Part shown: in pieces, positions 30,984-40,821 of the stretch
Position numbering within the stretch: position 1 is the first letter of the stretch
Layout: each line of letters starts with the position of its first letter
Source of the DNA: a virus
Lineage: Duplodnaviria > Caudoviricetes
DNA length: 64,000 bases
Direction: 5' to 3' (one strand)
IMG/VR virus record: IMGVR_UViG_3300048121_000993
Coordinates: 1-64,000 of that record
The notes under the pieces: model-generated
Database searches by the model: none
What the model was told of the DNA's origin: nothing
What the model saw: the letters and a program-made list of their open reading frames with translations, nothing else
Position numbers and translations under genes: made by a program

Positions 30984-32111
30984 ATGACAATTTTAAACAC
31001 AAAAAATGAAAAATACCACACTGAATGTAATGCATTTCTAGATGGCCAATTAGGCTTTCAACGATATGATACTGTGAAATACAAACAGTTTGATAAACTA
31101 ACTGATAAACAGTTGGGATTCTTTTGGCGTCCTGAAGAAGTGGATGTTAGTAAAGATTCACAGGATTTTAAAAATCTCACAGAGCATGAACAACATATCT
31201 TTACAAGTAATCTCAAAAGACAAATCCTACTAGACAGTGTACAGGGCAGAGCACCAGTAGAAGCATTTGGACCTATTGTAAGTTTACCAGAACTAGAAAA
31301 CTGGATTATGACTTGGACATTTAGTGAAACAATTCACTCACGCAGTTATACACATATTATTCGTAACATTTATTCTAATCCTACTGTAGTATTTGACGAG
31401 CTAATGGACAGTAAAGAAATTACAGACTGTGGTGATGATATTTCAAAATACTATGATGAGCTTATTGAATTATCACAATACTACCAATTGTTAGGTGTAG
31501 GTAAACACAAAGTAAACGGTAAAACAGTTGAAGTAGATGAATATGAATTAAAGAAAAAGATTTGGTTAACAATGAATAGTGTTAACATTTTAGAAGGAAT
31601 TCGTTTCTATGTAAGTTTCGCATGCTCCTGGGCATTTGCAGAACTTAAAAAGATGGAAGGCAATGCTAAGATTATTAAGTTTATTGCCCGTGACGAAAAC
31701 GTACACTTAGCAAGTACACAGTACTTGTTATCAAAAGTGTTAACAAAAGAAGACCCAGACTTCCTAAAGATTGCAGAAGAATGTAAAGATGAAGTAACAC
31801 AAATGTTCGTTGATGCAGTTGAACAAGAAAAAGAATGGGCAAACTATTTGTTTAAGGATGGATCAATGATTGGTCTTAATGCACAGTTGTTGAGCGATTA
31901 CATTGAATGGATTTGTTGTAAGCGTATGATAGGACTTGGCATGAAGTGTCCTTATACAACTTCACAAGCAAACCCACTACCATGGACACAAAAATGGATT
32001 AGTGGAGCAGAAGTGCAAGTAGCACCACAAGAGACAGAGATTAGTTCTTATATTATTGGCGGTGTGAAAAAAGATGTAAGTGAAGATACATTTTCAGGGA
32101 TGAGTTTATGA
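30984..32111 (+). CDS. nrdB: Ribonucleotide reductase class Ia beta subunit
   Basis: FFWRPEEV, ETIHSRSY, EGIRFYVSF, DENVH, APQETE. Confidence 0.97.
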   Translation: MTILNTKNEKYHTECNAFLDGQLGFQRYDTVKYKQFDKLTDKQLGFFWRPEEVDVSKDSQDFKNLTEHEQHIFTSNLKRQILLDSVQGRAPVEAFGPIVSLPELENWIMTWTFSETIHSRSYTHIIRNIYSNPTVVFDELMDSKEITDCGDDISKYYDELIELSQYYQLLGVGKHKVNGKTVEVDEYELKKKIWLTMNSVNILEGIRFYVSFACSWAFAELKKMEGNAKIIKFIARDENVHLASTQYLLSKVLTKEDPDFLKIAEECKDEVTQMFVDAVEQEKEWANYLFKDGSMIGLNAQLLSDYIEWICCKRMIGLGMKCPYTTSQANPLPWTQKWISGAEVQVAPQETEISSYIIGGVKKDVSEDTFSGMSL

Positions 32112-32359
32112 TTACAATTTATGGAAAAACACAATGCGGTTATTGTGACGCCGCTAAAAGGTTATGCGAGTCTAGAGGTTTAGATTTTGAATACAAGCAG
32201 TTAGATAAAGATTTCACAAGAGAAGTTATGGTAGAAGAATTTCCAACTGCCAGAACATTCCCACAGATTGTTGTTAGTGGCAACAAAATAGGTGGGTACG
32301 ATCAACTAGTCAAGTACATTGAAGATACAAACTACAATGGCACTGGACATTCACTATAA
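32108..32359 (+). CDS. Glutaredoxin
   Basis: CGYC, RTFPQI, IGGY. Confidence 0.92.
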   Translation: MITIYGKTQCGYCDAAKRLCESRGLDFEYKQLDKDFTREVMVEEFPTARTFPQIVVSGNKIGGYDQLVKYIEDTNYNGTGHSL

Positions 32360-32369
32360 AGGATAATAT

Positions 32370-32669
32370 ATGTTAATAGAAGCACAATACAAAGTAGGTG
32401 ATGTAATAAGTATCAAACTTTCTTCAGGTGAAGAAATGATTGCACGTTTTGAAGATGAAAACGATGATGTAGTTACAGTTGTTAAACCTTACATTTTAAT
32501 TGCAGCACAGAACGGAATGGCATTAGCGCCATATATGTTTACAATTGCACCGGATACTAAAGTAAAATTAAAGATAAATAATGTTATATGCGTAGTTAAG
32601 TCAGCAAAAGATGCCAGCGATATGTATATTAAACAAAGTACAGGAATAGCTCTTGCCACAAGTTCATAG
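32370..32669 (+). CDS. Hypothetical protein, possible Sm-like fold
   Basis: IKLSSGEEMIA beta pattern. Confidence 0.65.
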   Translation: MLIEAQYKVGDVISIKLSSGEEMIARFEDENDDVVTVVKPYILIAAQNGMALAPYMFTIAPDTKVKLKINNVICVVKSAKDASDMYIKQSTGIALATSS

Positions 32670-32943
32670 AAATGGAGATTCACGTAGTTGCGGTGCAAGT
32701 ACAACTGCATCAAACAACTCTAACGTGTTTGTAAACAACCAACCAATCAGTGTTAGCGGTGATCCAAATACGCATGGCGGTGGCAACTTAAATGCATCCA
32801 ACAATAAAGTCAAGGTTGGTGGAATCCTAGTTGTCCTTAACGGCAACGGTGCTGAACCAGATTCATTATGTCCATTACCGGGCGGAGCTCATTGCGGTCC
32901 TTCTGCAACTAGTGGTAGTCCAGATGTGGAAATAGGGGCATAG
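32653..32943 (+). CDS. PAAR-like spike tip protein
   Basis: HRNGD...CG, VFVN, GD...H, GSPDV repeats. Confidence 0.75.
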   Translation: MPQVHRNGDSRSCGASTTASNNSNVFVNNQPISVSGDPNTHGGGNLNASNNKVKVGGILVVLNGNGAEPDSLCPLPGGAHCGPSATSGSPDVEIGA

Positions 32944-32944
32944 C

Positions 32945-34231
32945 ATGAGCGACTTCCTAGAGCCAATAAAAGATGCAAGTGATTATCTTAACTCAACTAA
33001 AATAGATATACCTACAGGTAAGTTTGATGTAGACCCAGAATCAGGCACTGTAACCCCTCAAACACAAGCGTACAGCTTGAAAGAAATCATTTGTAGCCTA
33101 TTAGCAGGAAATGGTATAAAACTACCTAATTTACAAGTATGTTTAAAAATTAACATAGGTAGACTAATACCCGAAATACCCGCAGGCTTAGAAGATTTAC
33201 AAGATGCGTTAAGTGGTGCCGAAAAAGCACTAGATGATTTTACTGCACATACAAATATTGACAATGCATTAGGTAGACTAAATGCAGCAATGTCAGAATT
33301 TGCCGCAATTGCTAATATGATTAACTTTTGTGGAACACCAGTAGTACCAAAAGCTATACCAAATGTATTAAAAGATGCAATGGGAAGTTTCACAGGCGCA
33401 GGTAAAAGTATATTAGATACACTAGGCACTATGGCGGATAGTGATATAGGTGGATGTATAGGAGCAGATGGAAAATTTACTCCAGATTTATTTACAGGCG
33501 GATTGTTACAACAATTAGGTGCTAATATCAATAACCTACTTGGAATGCCAGCTTCAGTAAAAGCACAAATCATTGGTGATTTAAATAAATTTAAATCAGA
33601 CATAGAAAACCTTATAACATTTGAAAATAACTTTAAAGGAACTAGCTCAACAGGCGGCAGCTTATTTGCACCAACTGATAGAATAAACACTGGAGTAGGA
33701 GTTGCGATTCCAGAAGATTTAACACTAGCAAAGAGTCAACAATATGCAAGTAATTTACAAGCATTGTTTAATAGTTTAAAAGGTTATCCAGTTGACGATC
33801 AAGGAAACAATATTTTTTATTACTTACTTGAACCAGAATTATTAGCAAAGTTAGAAAATGACGGAGATCCTAGCATACAGTTAGTAGGACGAGAACCAGT
33901 TTATGATCATTGTGGTAGAGTAATTGATTGGACTGCATCAACATTACAAGCAGTACAACAGAAAAGTATAGGTGCCGCAGCACAAAATACTACACAACCT
34001 GGCATAACTGGATTAGCAGAAAGTGGAATAGTAATTACATCACCGCCAGCAACTACAACAAACTTAAACACATCTACTTCCATAATGAAAACAGTACCTA
34101 GCAGTTCAATAGGCAAAAGCGGCGATAAAAAAGGTGACATTGCAACAGATAATAACTATATATACATAGCTAACGCAGATTTTGATGGATCTACCGCTAT
34201 TTGGCTTAGAGCTTCGTTATCTTCTTGGTAA
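32945..34231 (+). CDS. Probable baseplate/tail protein
   Basis: Follows PAAR; C-terminal P.SS.G..GDKKGDIA.D..YIYI...W module typical of tail proteins. Confidence 0.55.
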   Translation: MSDFLEPIKDASDYLNSTKIDIPTGKFDVDPESGTVTPQTQAYSLKEIICSLLAGNGIKLPNLQVCLKINIGRLIPEIPAGLEDLQDALSGAEKALDDFTAHTNIDNALGRLNAAMSEFAAIANMINFCGTPVVPKAIPNVLKDAMGSFTGAGKSILDTLGTMADSDIGGCIGADGKFTPDLFTGGLLQQLGANINNLLGMPASVKAQIIGDLNKFKSDIENLITFENNFKGTSSTGGSLFAPTDRINTGVGVAIPEDLTLAKSQQYASNLQALFNSLKGYPVDDQGNNIFYYLLEPELLAKLENDGDPSIQLVGREPVYDHCGRVIDWTASTLQAVQQKSIGAAAQNTTQPGITGLAESGIVITSPPATTTNLNTSTSIMKTVPSSSIGKSGDKKGDIATDNNYIYIANADFDGSTAIWLRASLSSW

Positions 34232-34255
34232 ATCACAAAAAACAAGACATTTCGG

Positions 34256-34284
34256 TTGACAAAACCTTATCTTACTAGTATAGT
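34256..34284 (+). promoter_or_regulatory. sigma70 promoter with only an operator half-site
   Basis: TTGACA-17 nt (contains tcttact)-TATAGT. Confidence 0.55.
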
Positions 34285-34345
34285 AGTACTTAATAAGCAT
34301 AAAATCTTATTATAAAACAATTAAACATATTAACATGGTAAAAAA

Positions 34346-34627
34346 ATGAGAGCAACAGAATACAAGGATGGAATAAAACGCATCAAAGCTAAGATTGAAG
34401 TTCCTATGAGTGAACTTGATGTAGGCAATTATATACTAAGTGCTCTTACAAGCAACGCAGTTAATTTGACACAGATACAAAGACTTAATAAGCGTGAATT
34501 ATTACAATTAGCGAAAAATGAAGTCAAAGAAAAAGGTATTAAATCTATTTCATTAGAATCTGTAGACAACGACACTAATGTTATTGTAAGAAACTATATA
34601 AAGCAAATGTTTCCAGAACTACAATAA
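34346..34627 (+). CDS. Hypothetical protein
   Basis: Intact ORF downstream of promoter. Confidence 0.65.
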   Translation: MRATEYKDGIKRIKAKIEVPMSELDVGNYILSALTSNAVNLTQIQRLNKRELLQLAKNEVKEKGIKSISLESVDNDTNVIVRNYIKQMFPELQ

Positions 34628-34791
34628 TGGGATACGATTATTACGATAAAGATGCAGTCTTTAATTCGTATATAAAAGATCTGGCTTTAGAGGAAACTTT
34701 AGAGTTTGACCCTCCAATCAAAGAAGGGACACTAGGACACGATATTTTTGATAAAGTAGTGCAATTACATGAGCAAGTTACTGAGTCATAA
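34627..34791 (+). CDS. Small hypothetical protein (54 aa, not in ORF track)
   Basis: TAATG overlap; MGYDYYDKDAVFNSY...EQVTES. Confidence 0.5.
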   Translation: MGYDYYDKDAVFNSYIKDLALEETLEFDPPIKEGTLGHDIFDKVVQLHEQVTES

Positions 34792-34812
34792 ATAAAAGGG
34801 TAATAAAATTAT

Positions 34813-34888
34813 GCCGGTATAGCTCAGTTGGTAGAGCAACTGATTTGTAATCAGTAGGTCGAGTGTTCGAATCATTCTACCGGCACCA
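34813..34888 (+). tRNA. tRNA-Thr(UGU)
   Basis: Cloverleaf, anticodon arm ctgat-TTGTAAT-cag, TTCGA T-loop, encoded CCA. Confidence 0.95.
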
Positions 34889-34993
34889 TATAAAAAGAGA
34901 ATATAAAATACGAGAGAGAGGCACAGGACGCCCAACTGTAACAAGTTGTAATCGGAAATACAAATAGACAGAATAAAAAAGAAAGATATATAA

Positions 34994-35209
34994 ATGAAAC
35001 TTAGAAATGAGATGTTAAAAACAGCTATACAACACGCAGACGGTGAAATTCAATTACATAAAATGAATGTTGAAGTATATTTAACCAATCCTGCAGGTAT
35101 AGGCGAACACAGTGATGTAATGGAAGCTATTCAAGTTGAACTTGATAAGATGTCTACTGCACACGATCGCAAAGAAATGCTGACTAAGTATTTTAAATTG
35201 GGGGATTAG
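34994..35209 (+). CDS. Small hypothetical phage protein
   Basis: NVEVYLTNPAGIGEHSD motif. Confidence 0.75.
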   Translation: MKLRNEMLKTAIQHADGEIQLHKMNVEVYLTNPAGIGEHSDVMEAIQVELDKMSTAHDRKEMLTKYFKLGD

Positions 35210-35275
35210 CTCAGCTGGGAGAGCGTCTGGTTTGCATCCAGAAGGTCAGCAGTTCGATCCTGCTATCCTCCACCA
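35200..35275 (+). tRNA. tRNA-Ala(UGC)
   Basis: G3:U70 alanine identity pair, anticodon TGC, encoded CCA. Confidence 0.95.
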
Positions 35276-35282
35276 AAAACAC

Positions 35283-35310
35283 AAAAGAGAGCCAATGGCT
35301 CTCTTTTTTT
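35283..35310 (+). terminator. Rho-independent terminator
   Basis: agagagcc-aat-ggctctct followed by T run. Confidence 0.85.
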
Positions 35311-35324
35311 GACTAAATAATTGT

Positions 35325-35867
35325 ATGCGTATAGGACTTACACAACGAGTATTTGAACACAACAATCAATCATATGATGCAACAGATCAAGATTGGTACA
35401 CATATTTTGATGACCATGAGATTATACCCATACCAAATCATCCACAAAACTTTGTAAGTTTAGCAGACAGTTTAGACTTGTTAGTTATTACCGGCGGCAA
35501 TGCTCCAAGTGAGCGTGTTAAAACAGAACTACAACTAGTTCGTGCTATGATGGATAATGCTAAACCTATATTAGGAGTTTGCCATGGAGCATTTTTCTTA
35601 ACTGAACTGTTTGGCGGCAAAGTTGTTGAATGCAGTGGACATCATAATACTGTACATAATGTTACAATGGATAATGCTACAGTACAGGTAAACAGTTTCC
35701 ACAATTTACAGATAAAAAATCCACCAGAGGTTGCTAAAGTCTTAGCAGTAGACGAAGATGGGTTTTGCGAAAGTTGGACACATGGTACTATTGGTGCAGT
35801 TGTTTGGCATCCTGAACGTGGAAATATATCAATACCAAACGATATAAAACTATTGTTAAATTTATAA
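35325..35867 (+). CDS. Class I glutamine amidotransferase (peptidase C26/PuuD-like)
   Basis: ITGG, PILGVCHG, VNSFH, WHPE. Confidence 0.85.
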   Translation: MRIGLTQRVFEHNNQSYDATDQDWYTYFDDHEIIPIPNHPQNFVSLADSLDLLVITGGNAPSERVKTELQLVRAMMDNAKPILGVCHGAFFLTELFGGKVVECSGHHNTVHNVTMDNATVQVNSFHNLQIKNPPEVAKVLAVDEDGFCESWTHGTIGAVVWHPERGNISIPNDIKLLLNL

Positions 35868-36052
35868 TAACATAAGATAAATAATTATGTAGCAAAGAGC
35901 TTTGCTACTCATCGACTGATTCACATGTGTATAACAGAGCTGTTATATAATCTAAGGTGTGACTCATTTATTCCCTTTATATAAAAAGAATAAATGTTTT
36001 ATTCATGGTTCACACAAGTGAACTTACATTAAGTCAAATGGAGAATATTACA

Positions 36053-36754
36053 ATGACTACAGCAACACAATTCGTAGAACAACTACGTAAAGATAACGAA
36101 GCACTTTTCGAAGCTTCTAAAATGAACGTGAAAGCGTATTTCGAAAGCAAAGACAATTCAATGGAAGCTCTAGTAGAGCACTTCACAGGTAGAATGGTTA
36201 ACGAGAGAATGAACATGGTTGAAATCTCACGTCAAGTAGCTAACATGCCTGCTGATGCAGACCCAATTGAATTACAAAACCTATCTAAGCAAGCGATGGA
36301 CGAAGCAATCCACTTCCGTATGGTAAAAGAATGCATCGAAAAAATCACTGGTGAAGAATTAGACGTAGCGAAAGCTATGGCTGATGAAGCAGCTAAGCCA
36401 ACGGCAAAAGGTGCAGATTTACTAGAAGCTTATGAGGCATCTTCTGATGCGGCAGCACTTGCAGTTTACCAAATGGTAGCTGAAGGTCGTGCAGCAGCAG
36501 TATGGTCACAAATGGCTGAATCAATTGAAGATTCATTCATTGCTAAGTCTTATGCCAAAATTGCAAAAGACGAAGGTTTTCACTCAACTATCGGTGAAAT
36601 GAAACTAGAATCAATCGCAACAACACCAGAAGTTCAAGCACACGTGCTTAACATCGTTGACGGTATGCGTAAAGACTTGTTTGATGTATCTTGTGCAAAC
36701 ACAACTACAGCAGCAGGTTCTAAAGAACTAGTAGCAGAAGCTTACGGTTGGTAA
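36053..36754 (+). CDS. Ferritin-like diiron-carboxylate protein
   Basis: E...DEAIH and E...DEGFH four-helix-bundle ligands; GGAG SD favours ATG at 36053. Confidence 0.75.
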   Translation: MTTATQFVEQLRKDNEALFEASKMNVKAYFESKDNSMEALVEHFTGRMVNERMNMVEISRQVANMPADADPIELQNLSKQAMDEAIHFRMVKECIEKITGEELDVAKAMADEAAKPTAKGADLLEAYEASSDAAALAVYQMVAEGRAAAVWSQMAESIEDSFIAKSYAKIAKDEGFHSTIGEMKLESIATTPEVQAHVLNIVDGMRKDLFDVSCANTTTAAGSKELVAEAYGW

Positions 36755-36775
36755 TCTTTACTAAACAGTAGTATT

Positions 36776-36810
36776 AACCCAGTATACTTAATTGTGTACT
36801 GGGTTTTTTT
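36776..36810 (+). terminator. Rho-independent terminator
   Basis: aacccagta...tactgggtt followed by T run. Confidence 0.85.
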
Positions 36811-36875
36811 ACGATCAATGCTATTGACTTATGGCTAAATATGTTGTATAATATATATTAATCAGGGGATAATTC

Positions 36876-37748
36876 ATGGACATATCCATTTATCAAAATA
36901 ATACAGGAAGTGCACCAGCAATACATTGGTGGCTTTCGCAAGAAATTAACATAGGACCACAACTGTATGATTTCAATACAGGCTATGGTCGTCCTACTGG
37001 ACATCATGTAGGTGCTATTGTTATTGAAAACGAAGAAGCAGAACATAGTAAATTACATACGGAATCACTAGCAATATTAGACAAATCGTTGCCAGGAATT
37101 GTTGATGTAATGTCGCCATTTAAACATGTTAAAGATCAATTTGATTTTTTTCTTTGGAGCAATTACACGAACAATTTATCAAATCCAGACAATATCATTA
37201 AAGCAGATAAAACAATACTTGTAGATAATAGTTTAGAAGAACAATTATTTTTCTATATAAGTCAGTATGCATTTGTTCGTTTGGAATTTTTAGATGATGT
37301 AGAACAACAAACGCAATCATGGGCAAACGAACATAACACTTCGGATTGGAAAGAAGTATGGTATGGAAAATATCATGATGAGTTTTTACAAGCGTTTAAA
37401 GATAAAAAATTAAAGTATATGTGGCAACTTAATTTTGCACACCACGATTTACTGGATCAGTTATCAAAAGGCAAAGAAGATATTAAACTAGTAGACGCAG
37501 ATGACCACGATAGATTGTTTGAAGTTAAAAAACAAGAAGAAGACTTTTCAGATACATTATTTGCATATGCTAATTCAGAAGCCGATTATATGGTAGTAGG
37601 CGATGATTGGTTTGAAGATTATGAAAGTATATTAGATTATACAGGAATAATGCAATCATTCAGATTAAAAAAATATGTAATTGATTATACTAGGTTATAT
37701 CAACGTAGAAAAAAATTATATACAGATAAGTTTTCAAAGTATCTATAA
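36876..37748 (+). CDS. Hypothetical protein, paralogue of 38791-39717
   Basis: Shared APAIHWWL, GPQLY and YMWQLNFAH blocks. Confidence 0.75.
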   Translation: MDISIYQNNTGSAPAIHWWLSQEINIGPQLYDFNTGYGRPTGHHVGAIVIENEEAEHSKLHTESLAILDKSLPGIVDVMSPFKHVKDQFDFFLWSNYTNNLSNPDNIIKADKTILVDNSLEEQLFFYISQYAFVRLEFLDDVEQQTQSWANEHNTSDWKEVWYGKYHDEFLQAFKDKKLKYMWQLNFAHHDLLDQLSKGKEDIKLVDADDHDRLFEVKKQEEDFSDTLFAYANSEADYMVVGDDWFEDYESILDYTGIMQSFRLKKYVIDYTRLYQRRKKLYTDKFSKYL

Positions 37749-38383
37749 TGCCAAGAGTTAGACGATTTGTTGTATATGCATGTAGTTTTGGACTTAATGG
37801 TTCTATGGAACCATATGTAGAATTTAATAATCAGGATTTTTGTTGGCCACATGCAGTAGCAGAACATTATAAATTGCATCTTAGTAATAGAAGTAGACCT
37901 GGAACAAATATAGATATGCAATTTCAAGATATATTAAATGATGTTCAAAAAAGTAATATTAGACCAGATGATGTTGTATTGGTACAGTGGACACATGTTG
38001 ACAGATATTTTAGTGAAAAAAGTGGAACATTATTTCCTACTTCAAAAGGCAAACATGTAGAATGGTTGTTTACAGATATTTACAATGAACAATTTGCGAC
38101 TAATAAATTAATAAGTTATATGACAGCATTAGATGCCTTGGGAATTAATGTTTGTTACAGTTTTGCTGATGGATATAAGCAAATTAAAGATAATATGAAT
38201 TCTAGTCTACACAAAACATTTAAAAGTTTTAAATATGTTGGTTTCAATGACATTGGTTTATTTTGGCATATCAGTGCAGATAAAACAGGTGATGTACTTA
38301 CACATGATTGTTGTCATCCCAATGACAAAGGCCATAAATTTATAGCAGATAGATATATAAAAAGCATTAAGCCGTATGTATAA
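37748..38383 (+). CDS. SGNH hydrolase-like protein
   Basis: YACSF, N.S.PG, VQWT..DR, DCCHPNDKGH. Confidence 0.6.
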   Translation: MPRVRRFVVYACSFGLNGSMEPYVEFNNQDFCWPHAVAEHYKLHLSNRSRPGTNIDMQFQDILNDVQKSNIRPDDVVLVQWTHVDRYFSEKSGTLFPTSKGKHVEWLFTDIYNEQFATNKLISYMTALDALGINVCYSFADGYKQIKDNMNSSLHKTFKSFKYVGFNDIGLFWHISADKTGDVLTHDCCHPNDKGHKFIADRYIKSIKPYV

Positions 38384-38669
38384 ACCACTTCCTGCTTTCT
38401 TAACAATCAAAAAATCACCTATTCATAAACTAGGACTGTTTGCTTTGGAAGATATCAGCAAAGGAACAAATCTAGGAAGATCGCATTTTGTAGTACAAGA
38501 TGAATTTGTTCGTATGCCCTTGGGCGGATTTGTAAATCATTCAGATAACCCTAATGTTAGAATAACAAGAGAAAAAGGTACAAGATTTTTTCAGTTACTT
38601 GTAATTAATGATATTAAATCAGGCGAAGAGTTAGTTGCAAAATATCTTAATAAAGATGGAAATTATTAA
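38376..38669 (+). CDS. Minimal SET-domain protein
   Basis: S.IH.LGLFA..DI.KG, FVNHS..PN, DIKSGEEL..KY. Confidence 0.85.
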   Translation: MYKPLPAFLTIKKSPIHKLGLFALEDISKGTNLGRSHFVVQDEFVRMPLGGFVNHSDNPNVRITREKGTRFFQLLVINDIKSGEELVAKYLNKDGNY

Positions 38670-38697
38670 CAAGATAAATAAAGTATATACATAATAA

Positions 38698-38773
38698 TCC
38701 TCAGTAGCTCAGTTGGTAGAGCAACGGACTGTTAATCCGTTTGTCGTTGGTTCGAGCCCAGCCTGGGGAGCCA
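38698..38773 (+). tRNA. tRNA-Asn(GUU)
   Basis: Cloverleaf, acgga-ctGTTaa-tccgt, encoded CCA. Confidence 0.95.
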
Positions 38774-38790
38774 AACTTAGAAACAAATAA

Positions 38791-39717
38791 ATGAACATAG
38801 CAATATATCAGTCAGTGAATGCACATGCACCAGCAATACATTGGTGGCTAGCACAGGACCCACGATTTGGCCCACAATTATATATGTGGGTAGCAAATTC
38901 AAAAGAAGATTTAACAAGCATTGTTGAGGAAATGAGAGAACCTACATTTCCTGGCCAAGATATATCAGCAGAGTTATATGATGTTCATCAAGAAACTCTT
39001 AGAGAAATGGAAAATAAAAAAGCAGTAGACGGAGTAGTAGATTGTACTTCTACTTATTTTAATTTTACAAAAAACTACAAACACCCAGTCTGGAGTAATT
39101 ACTTTGGAGCAACTTATGATCATACGAGTACTATAGCATGTGATAAACTTATATTTGCTGAAGCAACGGTAGAAGATAGTGTTATGTATTATGTTACACA
39201 GTATGCATTTAATAATCTCGATTTAGCTGCGATAGAAGAGCATTGTCAAGTATGGTGGACAGATCATAAACTAATGAACGGTGAAATATTAGACAATTGG
39301 AAAGAAATATGGTACAGAGATTATCATAATCAATGCATACAAGATTTCCATGATGGTAAATTGCAATACATGTGGCAATTAAATTTTGCACATTGGGATT
39401 TGCACCATGCATTAGCCAATGGACTTAATGGATTTGTATTAAACTATTCAATGGAAAGATTGTTTAACGAGAAATATCAACGAACTACTAGCGATTTAAA
39501 AGCAGAAGCTCACCAAATAAAATATGTAAAAGATAATAACATTGATCATTTGTGTGTCGGTACATATTGGTTTAATAACATTGATACTATACTTTCTTAT
39601 CTTGGAGTTGAGAATAGTGATATATTAATACAATCAGCTGAACAGTATAAAAAAGAATTCATTAGGATCAATACAGCATACAAAGAAATACTTAATAAAT
39701 ACTACAAAGGAAATTAA
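38791..39717 (+). CDS. Hypothetical protein, paralogue of 36876-37748
   Basis: Shared motif blocks as above. Confidence 0.75.
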   Translation: MNIAIYQSVNAHAPAIHWWLAQDPRFGPQLYMWVANSKEDLTSIVEEMREPTFPGQDISAELYDVHQETLREMENKKAVDGVVDCTSTYFNFTKNYKHPVWSNYFGATYDHTSTIACDKLIFAEATVEDSVMYYVTQYAFNNLDLAAIEEHCQVWWTDHKLMNGEILDNWKEIWYRDYHNQCIQDFHDGKLQYMWQLNFAHWDLHHALANGLNGFVLNYSMERLFNEKYQRTTSDLKAEAHQIKYVKDNNIDHLCVGTYWFNNIDTILSYLGVENSDILIQSAEQYKKEFIRINTAYKEILNKYYKGN

Positions 39718-39720
39718 ATT

Positions 39721-40182
39721 ATGAATAGAAACATAGGTAGAGGATTAATTGTAATAGGAATGCTGATGTTAGGATTCCTTTTTGCAAATACAACATCAGC
39801 TAAAGAAGTTGATATGGTTGTTTACGACTTTGAAATAACCAGAGTAATTGACGGAGATACCGTAGCCTTTAGAGCAGACTTTTTGCCAGAGCCACTTAAA
39901 CAAGAACTAAGCATTCGTGTTTACGGAGTTGACACACCTGAAAAGAGTTGGAGAGCAGAATGTGAATCTGAGGCAGCATGGGGCGAACAAGCAAGTCAAT
40001 TTACCAAAGACCAATTAAATGGTGCAACAGTTATACAAGTAGCCATATACAAATGGGATAAGTTTGGTGGGCGTGTGTTAGGAGATATTATCATTGACGG
40101 TAAGAGTCTAAGACATATGCTTATTGAAAATGGATTTGCACGTGAATATTATGGTGACAAAAAAGAATCCTGGTGTGCCTGA
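39721..40182 (+). CDS. Thermonuclease (SNase) family protein with signal peptide
   Basis: RVIDGDT, IRVYGVDTPE, DKFGGRVLG, L..G.A; hydrophobic N-terminus. Confidence 0.85.
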   Translation: MNRNIGRGLIVIGMLMLGFLFANTTSAKEVDMVVYDFEITRVIDGDTVAFRADFLPEPLKQELSIRVYGVDTPEKSWRAECESEAAWGEQASQFTKDQLNGATVIQVAIYKWDKFGGRVLGDIIIDGKSLRHMLIENGFAREYYGDKKESWCA

Positions 40183-40819
40183 ATATACAAATCACTCTAT
40201 TGATTTTGCATTAACAACATACTGTCAAGCAAAGTGTCGCAGTTGTGCGAGAACTAACCAATACACTGGCGAGAAAGAATCTTGGCTACAATTAAAACAC
40301 ATGGATTTAGATGTGTTCAGACAGACATTAGAATCATCTCCTAATGTACATATTGCAGATATTGAATTTTGCGGAGAATTTGGTGATCCTATGATGCATC
40401 CTCAAATTGACAAGTTTATAGAAACTGCATTAGAATTTGCACCATCTGTTAGAATATCAACAAACGGTGGCTTACGAACTCCAGACTGGTATGAGTCTAT
40501 TGCAAAGAAATATAAAAACAGATTAGAAATTAATTTTGCAATAGATGGGGCTACACATGATGTTAATTGGATGTATAGAGAAGGAGTCGATTGGCACCGA
40601 GCAATAGATAATATGACTAGTTATATGTCTGCAGGTGGATGGGGCAGCTGGTGGTTTATAATATTTGAATGGAATTGGCACCAAATACCAGAGGCTAATA
40701 GTTTGGCAAATGATATAGGTATAGAATTAATGGTACGATACAATAACAGAGATTTTGGATTAATAACTCCAGAATCACGAATAAAAGCAGATGCAATAAT
40801 TAAAGAACATGGATTATAA
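40124..40819 (+). CDS. Radical SAM enzyme (start may be GTG at 40175)
   Basis: CQAKCRSC, GEFGDP, STNGG, FAIDG. Confidence 0.85.
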   Translation: MKMDLHVNIMVTKKNPGVPEYTNHSIDFALTTYCQAKCRSCARTNQYTGEKESWLQLKHMDLDVFRQTLESSPNVHIADIEFCGEFGDPMMHPQIDKFIETALEFAPSVRISTNGGLRTPDWYESIAKKYKNRLEINFAIDGATHDVNWMYREGVDWHRAIDNMTSYMSAGGWGSWWFIIFEWNWHQIPEANSLANDIGIELMVRYNNRDFGLITPESRIKADAIIKEHGL

Positions 40820-40821
40820 GC

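Noticed and set aside
28650-32111. Introns or inteins in nrdA/nrdB (also checked terminase and helicases)
   Set aside because: Lengths are canonical and no splicing or homing-endonuclease motifs were seen
34889-34993. Possible extra ncRNA between tRNA-Thr and the next ORF
   Set aside because: No cloverleaf or convincing extended pairing found
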